From Eledone cirrhosa (lineage: Eukaryota), in the NCBI GenBank assembly GCA_964016885.1, contig OZ024743.1, positions 30,194,001-30,258,000 of the forward strand: a stretch of 64,000 nt of DNA, read 5' to 3'. A program made the position numbers and the translations under genes. Positions 54,503 to 64,000 of the stretch are shown here, piece after piece (position 1 is the stretch's first letter; each line of letters opens with the position of its first letter). The notes under the pieces are model-generated. The model ran no database searches. It was given only the letters and a program-made list of their open reading frames with translations, and was not told where the DNA came from.

Positions 54503-55119
54503 CTAGAGTAAAGCATGTCCAGAGAATTATTTGATAATATATATACATCATCATCTCTACTCCTAATCAGCACAATTAACCACACAAAAAATCAAAATAT
54601 CAATTAGACCAGGCTATAAGAATTAAAGGCATCTATGATGAAACAGTAACTAGATAAACCATCGCGGCGTCTTCGCGTGTAGCCGCCCTAGAGCATCTAC
54701 CCAACGTTTCGACAGCACGTGGAAATTAATTAAATACACGATGAACCATACATAATTAGGTAAAAATTAATGTTAGAAATGCTTATATACATACCAGGAT
54801 TAAAGCACTTAGTGATTTAATCCTGGTATGTATATAAGCATTTCTAACATTAATTTTTACCTAATTATGTATGGTTGACCGTGTATTTAATTAATTCCCA
54901 CGTGCTGTCGAAACGTTGGGTAGATGCTCTAGGGCGGCTACACGCGAAGACGCCGCGATGGTTTATCTAGGTACTGTTTCTTCATAGATCCCTTTAATTA
55001 TTATAGCCTGGTCTAATTGATATTTTGATTTTTTGTGTGGTTAATTGTGCTGATTAGGAGTAGAGATGATGATGTATATATATTATCAAATAATTCTCTG
55101 GATATTCTTCACTCTAGTA
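54501..55119. repeat. Near-perfect ~620-bp palindrome
   Basis: ~305-bp arms; centre ccaggattaaa gcacttagtga tttaatcctgg. Confidence 0.95.
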
Positions 55120-55220
55120 TTTCGCTCTGATTAATTCATTAATTCTCCATTGAGCCACAACGTGAAAAGTTGCAAAAACACATATATACCTGTAACTTTT
55201 TAATTGGTGTATGTGTAAAC

Positions 55221-55284
<64 letters not shown>

Positions 55285-55418
55285 ATACATACATTTACAC
55301 ACTCATATATATGTATATATATATAAATGTGTGTGTTTATGTATTTATGTATATATATGTATATATGAAAGACGTACAATAAGAGTATTATGAAAATTGA
55401 CTTACTTACTAAAATTTC

Positions 55419-55499
55419 ACTCCAACTAATTAGTTTCTGTAAGGGAATAAATATGGTTACGTAACGTAATCATAGAGAATCATTACGTCATCAGGGAGT
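55419..55499 (-). ncRNA. Type I hammerhead ribozyme (523-bp family)
   Basis: ACTCC|CTGATGA|cGTAATG...CCTTACa|GAAAC TAATTA GTT|GGAGT. Confidence 0.78.
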
Positions 55500-55844
55500 C
55501 TATTCTCAGCTAAGTTCCTAGGCAATGCGTGGACACTGGGAACTCATATAAAAATAATTCAGTGGATTGAAAAAAGCGAGCGGGGACTAAATTCGAGGAC
55601 ATTGAAAACAATCTACTATGGTTCATGGTAGTGGCCAGGCTCCTGTCTTAATAGCATTCCACTCCTCACTGATTAAACTCAGTGTCTCGTGATTGATTAT
55701 TTTGAATTTGCCACTGACAAAGTAGGCAGTGAATTTTTTCAATGTCCTGGAATTTAGTCCCCGCTCGCTTTTTTCCATCCACTGAATTATTTTTATATGA
55801 GTTCTCCGTGTCAACGCATTGCCTAGGAACTTAGCTGAGAATAG

Positions 55845-55925
55845 ACTCCCTGATGACGTAAGGATTCTCTATGATTACGTTACGTAACCATATTTATTCC
55901 CTTACAGAAACTAATTAGTTGGAGT
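55845..55925 (+). ncRNA. Type I hammerhead ribozyme (523-bp family)
   Basis: ACTCC|CTGATGA|cGTAAGG...CCTTACa|GAAAC TAATTA GTT|GGAGT. Confidence 0.82.
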
Positions 55926-56269
55926 GAAATTATAGTAAGTAAGTCAATTTCCATAATTCTCTTATTTTACGTCTTTTATATAATTGTTCTGCATCCCCTT
56001 GCATTGAACTACAAAGTTACTAAGACAAAACCTATATATTTGCTAGCATAGGTATGCATCTGTATACATATGTTGGTAGATATACTAATTCTTCATAATT
56101 ATCTCCAAATTATTTGTTGAGTAAAAATTTGCCAAAATTACTACTAATAAGATATAATAATTCCTTATATATGTATATATACATATATGTATATATATTA
56201 ATATATGATAGTTTATATACAATAAACATACGGTAGCCTTGCTATAATGAAAAAACAAACTGTTCGTAA

Positions 56270-58025
56270 TGCAACAGCTCCAGCTTCCACAGTAAGGCTT
56301 GAGAGTCAATACGTACAGAAGGGAGGAGAGAGGGCACCCTTGACGGACCGATCGGGAGACCTGAAACGGTTCCGAGAGGTGGCCATTAATTTTGACCTCC
56401 GAGCAGGTGCCGCTGTGCATTGCAGCGATCCAGCTTCTGAAAACGGGGCCGAAGCCAGCCGCATTGAGGAAAGCCTCCAGGTACCGATGGTCGACCCTAT
56501 CGAATTCTTTCGATTGATCTAAATTGATCAGAGCCCCACCGAAGCCAGGTTTACATCCTACCCTCTCTATGATGTATCGCATTAGGTGGAGGTTGTCGTG
56601 TATGGACCTGGTTGTGATTGCGCAAGTTTGCGCCTCCACGACCAAATCCCCGACGACAAGCGCTAGCCTCTTCGCTAACACCCTGGCCAAAATCTTAAAC
56701 TCTGTGTTGAGCAGAGTTATAAGCCTGAAATTGTCTAATGTGTCCCTCTTGTTCTCGTCTTTCCTTATCAGCGTCACTACGCCCCGGCTGACACAACTGG
56801 GAATACTCCCGTTTTGCTGCCAGTTGCAGTAGAGTGCTTCAAGGAGATTGGAGAACAAGTCTGGTATATTTACGTAAAGCTCGTAGGGCAGATGATCTAA
56901 ACTGGGTGCCTTGCAGCCGACAAGGGAATCGTGAATCTCGGCTGAAATAATTGGCCTTTCGCAGCGACCAGCGTCAGCCGTCGAGAGTTGCGGCAAGCCA
57001 TCGCGGTATGGTTGAAGTCCGCCACCGTCTCTGACCCGCCACATCCCCCGAACAACCGAGCAAAATGTTGGCAAAAGGCCTCACACAACCGCTTGGAATC
57101 GTTCAGCCTGTGTCCGTCTCGGTCCGTCAAAGACCGAATCGTGGTTTTATTACCACACTGCGCCTCTGGCACGCGGGCCCATCGAATAGCTTTGGTTCCC
57201 TCGTTTCAGAGAGCACGCGCCTTAGCTCTGACAATGCAACATTTGTGTTTCGCAGTGAAGAAATGGTCTGATGCCATTCTCGCCGCTAGCACGTCAGTTG
57301 AAATGCCACTACCAATAGCCTCGTCTAACTTATCTACCAACTCTCCCCCCCCCCCCTTCTTTTTTTCTCTAACGCTACTTTTTTGCTAAACTCTATCGAC
57401 ATTACTCTAATCTCTATTGTTGATGACTCCGCTGTCAACTTCTTCTTAACTAAATTGTTGACCTGGTGCCTGTAAGACTTACGTGCCAGAAATGACATGT
57501 TTAGCTTCCAGTATCCAGGTTCTAACCTACGCATCTTATCTAGGTCGACCTTACAGATCACAAACTTGTGATCTGAATAGGCGACCGTTTTAAAACGTGG
57601 ACAGCTTACACTATTTCTGCCTATTCTCCTAATGAATATCCTGTCTATATACGATCTAGATGACCCTATGCGTTTAGTCCAGGTCCACACTGGCGCATTA
57701 TGGAAATCTAGTCGGTACCGGTCAGACAGTTGGAACTGGCTGATCAGGTTCTTGAGGCTTTTGCACCCCTCGCTCCTATCGGATACTCCCACACAGTCCC
57801 AGCGTGCGTGTAAGATGCCGTTCCGGCCCCCGCTAACAGTAAAGGGCGAGACCTACCCAGAAATGCTTCCAGGCGTCTAAAGAAGTTGGTCGTCCTGCCC
57901 CAGTAGGGGCGTAGACGGCCACCAGTCTAAAGGCACCACCTTCGTTATTGTTCGTGTCAAGGACCAAAAACTTCCCGTCCGGGTCCAGGAAGATCGACCT
58001 TACCTCGAGATCCAGGCTTTTCAGT
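56270..58025 (-). mobile_element. Diverged Tx1-like ORF2 fragment (endonuclease to RT), frameshifted
   Basis: SYIDRIF, YSDHKF, GYWKLN, DNFRLITLLNTEFKIL, VRQGCPLSSLLY. Confidence 0.92.
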
Positions 58026-60145
58026 GTTGATAGTTTTCTGACCAGGCCATCACAGTTTCAATGGTATAGCTTTAAGAAATCCAGCTATCCACGTGGAAGA
58101 TTGAGCTGGCACTTCAAGATTCACAATAAGCAACAGAAAATCGAACATCGAACCGGTGCTGAAATGAGATAAAGTTGGATCAAACGACATTTAACATCTT
58201 ACGCTATGAAGGATCAATTTTATGTACAAGAAGAGGTCAGTCTCCGCAAAGACAACCGTCTTATATCTGTATAACACAAAGGGATTTACAAACACACACG
58301 AACACCCACACACACATACGCACAAATGCGTGCACTCACGCACTCATGAACATTCACAAATGCACACTTGCTTCTACTACATACATAGACATACGCTTTC
58401 ACGCTTATAAAATATATACACACATACACACATTCACACACAAAAGAAATTACTTAAGCAATTCACAGATATTTTTGTACCATGATTTTTCTTGACAATG
58501 TCTTTGCAGAAGCATTTGGTATTTGATTCAAATAGCGTCTTCAAATAGAAAACACATGTTTCAACTTTGTATGCTTTGCTGTCCTGATATATTTACGCAT
58601 TTCCTCTGCTCCGGGCATGCCTATTTTCACGTTAATAAAAATATATTTTCTTTACTTCATATGATTCAATTGTTGCTTGCTTTTATACTTGATCACTCCT
58701 TTTAGATTTCGTTCAATTCTTTCAATTTAATGTTCTATGTTTTCTTCCATTTTCGCGGGTGGCTTTGACTGGGGTCTTAATCAATTAGAATCCGACTCGA
58801 GTTAGTTCGACTGCTACTGAAACTACTTAAATGCAAGTTCCTCTCAAGCGCTACTGTTACAATGTAATCAAGTACAACCAGTCACATAGTTTGATTCTCA
58901 ACACCAAATCCGTTAATAAAAACAAGCTTGCCCGGTGAGAAGGGTGATATTTAGGTGAGTAATTATAACCCGAGAAAACAGAGCTTGTTAGCCTTGGTTG
59001 GAAGTCTATCTAAAATATGTTCCACCATTCTGATTTCAAACCCAGAGCAGATGGGAAGCCGTAGTCTAACAAACTTAGAACTGAACACCCGATTAATCGT
59101 TGTGATGAAGGCGAAGAGCTGCGAATCGGTATCTATCTTCTGAGTAATAGTCGGATGCGAATTTTAGATTCACCGACGTGACCTTTTTCCGATGAGAATT
59201 ATGAAATTAGCATCGTTTTAATGAGGATTGGTGGAAATATACATGGTCACTGATCTTCAGCAACAAGGACGGAAAGGGATCAGACCAAATTACTGATAGA
59301 TTATGAACCAGATGGGTATTTTATTGTGAACAAAATGTAGTGCAGATGTCTTTTCCTAAAGCTGCCTCTTCGACTACAGCTAGTGCAGCTGATGTGTGTT
59401 CATAACTAATTTCATATTCCCTTCTATACTTCTTTTATGTTTTTGTAAATTTTATCTCACTGTCAACTAATTCACTGTTTGGTCATACATGTTATATTTC
59501 GTTCTTTTATAGTTTGTGTATAATTATTTGAATTTGTTATGGGTCGTCGGTATCACTCGCATTTTTATGATGAATTTTGTTGGATGATTTTGTGAGTTGT
59601 TTACGTGTTGCTCATTTATGCTTATCTAAAAATAATAATTTGTTACATTTAAAGCTCTGAGATCATATTATTAGTTAATTAATAAATATCACGTACATTT
59701 GGTAAATTTACGTGCAGTGATAGATTTCTTAACATCTTTTTTCTTGTCTCAGCATTTGAACATTTTTTTACAATCTTGACATATTTTAATTACATAGTTG
59801 CTGTTTATAGTGGAAGTAATTTATCAATACAATGCCTGATGTTACAACGTCATATGCGGTTTTGTAATACTAAGAGTATAACACAGACTTTACTGCATAA
59901 CATTAAACGTTTGTATCGATATGTTTTCGGGTGTTTCGTTATTTTCGTAACGTGATCTTATCTAACATGTACACTACAAAATTCATTACACAGCTAGACT
60001 ACAATGATGGGGTTTTCGACTTGGCTATTCATTTATAATTAGACATTGAACTCATTTATGTTGTTGGTAACTTTTACTAATATATCATTATCACCATCCC
60101 TATTCTCTTTCTCATTATCATAATAATCATGGTTGCTATTGCTTA

Positions 60146-60713
60146 AATAATAATGGTTTCAGCTTTAGCCAAAATCTTAGCTATTTTGGGGGAGAGGAAT
60201 GTCGATTAAATCTACGGGTGCTTTAGTTTATCGATTCCGTAAAGATGAAAGGAAAAGTTAACCTCAGCGTAATTTGAACTGAGAATATAGAGGGCCGTTA
60301 CCCTATGTAGCGAAGCATGTGTTCGGCGCTCTATCAATACTGCGGAGCCACCGCCCTATAATAATAATTGTTTCTACGTTAGGCACAAGGCCAGCAATTA
60401 TCCAGTGTATTACTGGTACTTTATTTTATCGACCCCGTAAGGATGAAAGGCAAAGTTAACCTCGGCGGGATTTGAACTCAGAATGGCATGGGCCGTAACT
60501 CTATGCGTGGCATCCGACACTCTATCAATACTGCCAATCCACCGCCCTATAATAATAATGATAATGATTTCTTATATAGGCACAAGGCCTGCAATTTTGG
60601 GAGCGGAGAAAGTCGATTATATCGAATCCAGTGCGTGACTGGTGCTTTATTTTATCGACCCCCGTAAGGATGAAAGTTAAGTTAACTTCGACGGGATTTG
60701 AACTCAGAATGGC
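60146..60713 (-). mobile_element. Three head-to-tail SINE copies (60146-60357, 60360-60548, 5'-truncated 60551-60713)
   Basis: Repeated ttatcga.cccgtaaggatgaaa...atttgaact.agaa, separated by (AAT)n. Confidence 0.85.
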
Positions 60714-60716
60714 AAG

Positions 60717-61240
60717 TGGGTTTTACACAAAAATCGAGTGAAAATATGAAAACAATAACAATAAACAAGAAAAATACAACAATGAAAATTCCCCAATAGG
60801 GGGGATAACCACGCAAGGTTGACTCAAATACCCCACCAATCCTGAAACACCCGACGCATCCAGGAAGGGCACCCCTCTCCACCTTAATTCACCAGCCTAC
60901 AGGTGCATGGTCAGAATAGGCACAATCACATGGGCCATTCTCGCAATATTCACCCACCTTTCAGCAAACGTACATGGAGCCAGCCCTTCTCTCTGGACCC
61001 TCACCTCCCTTTGCAAGTGAAATTCAATAGTCGTCGAACAATGTGGCTAGTGCGTGTATGTCGGAAATCCTGGTCTCACTGACGGCAATTACACCCATTT
61101 CTAGAGACCTAAGGTCGTTAAGCAGGTGACCCAGCTTCCAGGGCAAACACAGACTTCGAAGATTGGAATTCCTACCTTAAATATGGCCACGTTGGTAGGC
61201 TAAAAAAGAAAGGGAATGTTTACTTACATTCCGGAGTCTT
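60717..61240 (-). mobile_element. Internally deleted Tx1-like derivative (ORF2 start joined to ORF2 end + 3' UTR)
   Basis: WKLGHLLNDLRSLEMGVIAVSETRI... joined to FHLQREVRVQREG...FAERWVNIARMAHV...*; 3' UTR motif tcccccctattggggaatttt. Confidence 0.85.
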
Positions 61241-61411
61241 ATGAAGGTCGGGTGGTGTGACATAAAAGTCTTGATGTGGGTTTTAAGGCCCAACTATTAT
61301 AGCGTCTCCTATCACAGGGCAAAGACGGAAATATTCCAACCCTTTTCACAAAGTGCAAGCGTTATTACAAATGAAAATAGACTGAAAATTTATCACTTTT
61401 ACGGAGCTCCA

Positions 61412-61619
61412 ATAATAATAATAACAATAATTGTTTCTACTTTTGGCACAAGACCAGCAATTATTCCAGTATATTACTGGTACTTTATTTTATCGATCAC
61501 GTAAGGATGAAAGGCAAAGTTAACCTCAGCGGGATTTGAACTCAGAACGTAAAGGACCATGACCCTATCCTGTAAACCATGGTGCCTGACGCTCTACCGA
61601 TACTTCCAATTCACCGCCT
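61412..61619 (-). mobile_element. tRNA-derived SINE (main family)
   Basis: ggcggtgaattggaagtatcggtagag...gagttcaaatcccg...gtagaaacaattatt. Confidence 0.85.
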
Positions 61620-62144
61620 TTAATAATAATAACAATAATAAGAACCAGGTCAACTATCATCAATATCACTCTCATCATCATCAACGTTGCAATTATTGAC
61701 ACTGTCTCCGACAAGGAGAATATCTGCAAACATCATTAACACAAGCATTAACAACCCAACTCGTATATAGGTGCCTGTAATTACCGTAGGAATTTAATTT
61801 CCTAGTAATAGCAATAACCACATTAGAACTCTAAAAATGCCAAATCTTCGAATATAAAAATTTAATACGTGAAAAGGAAAAACAAAGATATAGAAAAGAA
61901 GACTAATATTGACTGTGGTAAGAAATGCAGGGAAAACTTTGCTTCAATTTGTCTATATATAAAAATATAAACATATCGTTCTACTTTCCATGTTGTATTT
62001 TAGCAAATTAAATTGTACTTATTTTCGTTATACTTGCAGTCCTATTAAACCAACTAACATACACCAATACACTCCCTACCTCCAAACAACCACACAACCC
62101 CACACTCACAATCACTCACACACACACACACATACACACACATA

Positions 62145-62221
<77 letters not shown>

Positions 62222-62245
62222 TTATTTATTAAAATAACAGATTAA

Positions 62246-62296
62246 AGTTTAAGCAAAGAATCGGTGCTTTCACCCTTAACGGGATCATCTGAAACT
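62246..62296 (-). ncRNA. Hammerhead-like fold, CAGAnGA family (best-preserved copy)
   Basis: AGTTT|CAGATGA|tCCC gttaa GGGt|GAAAGCA ccgattctt TGCTT|AAACT. Confidence 0.6.
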
Positions 62297-62819
62297 GAAA
62301 AAGTCAATCTGTGAACGCAGAACTAATTGCTCTACAGTTCTTATATATCTGATATATATTTATCCTTATCGAGCCCTATTTGGATTTTAGTTTTCAAATT
62401 TATTATTATTACTATATATATATATATATATACGATATTAATAAATGGAAACTATATTTATAAAGCCATATTTATTTCATTATACATATTTCAGGGATAC
62501 CAAATTAAATTATGGTATCCCTTCATCAGACAAAATACAATATATAACAGTTTTACAAATAAGCTTTGACGTACCCTATTAAAATGCAACCATTGTTTTT
62601 GGAAGTCATTATTTTGGAAGCGAAAAGCGAAAACCAACCAAACAGTGAGTGTGTTCTGTTATTAATGCTGGCAATATTACACAAATATGACCCTCCCCAA
62701 GTATAACAATATTTTTTTCGACACACGATTTCATATAAAAAACCTAGCAAAACTAATTCATCGCCGTTATGGCATTAGCTAGTGCCAAGCTGAAAGGTTA
62801 TTGAAAGACGCTGTTTTCT

Positions 62820-64000
62820 GTTATATAAAAACTACAATAACAACATAACAAATCCGTTTCTTAAAACACTGTGTTTCCTCCAAAATATACACAACAAACA
62901 TATCAAAACAAGTAAATAATTTATTATTGAACAAAGCACAAGCTGAACGACTAAAACACACAATAACAGTTAATATGAAAAGAACAACATACAGAAAAGT
63001 CAACGAACTTCTACAGACAGAAACGCATTAACGGTAAGGAAGTCCAAAATCTCACCACACCAAACGAAAGGAATGACTTCATGAGCGTCATCCGACGTGA
63101 AACGAAATACGCCCGAAACGAATGCAATAGGCATTTCAATAAGAAATTAGAATGGATGAATAAGAAAAAACTACAAGAAAGGGAAATAGAATATTCTCAA
63201 AAATACCCAGATAACATCAACAATATCCGTATGACTGATGTAAAACTACCGGAAGAATTTACCAATGACCACACAGTAAATATTTATGGGAACACTTTAA
63301 TCAGTGAACAAGAACAACATATCCTGCAACTACCACCAAAATTTGCCATCTACAAAAAGATTAACCCTATTGAGTGCAAAACGGAGCTGGAAAAGTGTTT
63401 CACAAAAATACGTTGGAATGCAAAAGTAAACAACAACAACAACAATAATAACGGTAGTAGTAATATAAACAATAACTCTGAGTATAGAAATAACAGCCAT
63501 AACAATAACAATAGCAGGAGAGTGAGAAATAGTAATAATGGTAATAATACTAACGATAGACAGAACAACAACAACAACCACAATAATAATAATAATAATA
63601 GAAACATTAACCACAGACATAGCAGATGCGACCACAGTAGTAATAACGGTAACAATACGAACAACAACAACAACAACAACCACAGTGGAAATAATGGAAA
63701 TAATACATGTAGCAACATTAATGATAGACACAACAAAAACAAGAAACATGATAAAAGTAACAACCACAATGGTATAAATAACAGTAACAACAACAATAAC
63801 GGTGAAGTAAACAACAATCACAGCAGCAACAATACATCTAGCAATCATAACAATAATAATAATGCTAATTATAGGAACAACAACAACCACCATAATAACA
63901 ATAATAGCAACACACACAACTATGACGATAGATATAATGACAACCCCTTAGAGAAACTATTTTTCAACCCAGCTGACAAAACATATAAGCTGGGAAATAT
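62820..64000 (+). mobile_element. Penelope-like element ORF N-terminus with Asn-rich insert; runs off the window end
   Basis: QIRFLKHCVSSKIY..., frameshift near 63000-63030, then open to 64000 (ATG 63081): ISEQEQHILQLPPKFAIYKKINPIECKTELEKCFTKIRW + ~170 N-rich codons + NPLEKLFFNPADKTYKLGN. Confidence 0.65.

Larger units (their letters stand above)
55365..56160. mobile_element. More diverged copy of the 523-bp hammerhead family: inverted partial copy + permuted monomer
   Basis: 55365-55610 mirrored at ~55735-55980, then reads through the monomer junction (ttgttctgcatcccc). Confidence 0.88.

Noticed and set aside
58940-59340. Possible Gypsy integrase relic (YNPRK)
   Set aside because: Single short motif with no supporting domains
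63330-63917. Hydrophobic minus-strand 'membrane protein' ORFs
   Set aside because: Antisense of the AAC/AAT-rich insert in the plus-strand Penelope-like ORF

Overview
AT-rich, microsatellite-dense eukaryotic non-coding DNA; the SINE family resembles octopus/cephalopod SINEs (pattern recognition, not a search). No host gene can be called with confidence. Contents: a near full-length Tx1/L1-clade LINE with intact APE-RT-CCHC ORF2 (34.1-40.1 kb), a closely related disrupted copy (1-4.9 kb) and three older or rearranged relatives; a decayed R4/Dong-type RLE LINE (28.5-32 kb); about 9 tRNA-derived SINE copies; Helitron and hAT-like remnants; and the start of a Penelope-like ORF with an in-frame Asn-rich insert at the right edge. 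Two observations stand out. First, about six unrelated repeat families carry type I hammerhead ribozyme folds, several with non-canonical cores, in tandem and inverted arrangements; one has ~523-bp permuted monomers with covarying stems (retrozyme/Penelope pLTR-like). Second, the SINE and the Tx1 LINE share a 3'-terminal stem-loop (CUUGU loop, compensatory stem changes) and an (ATT)n tail. All folds and alignments were done by eye.
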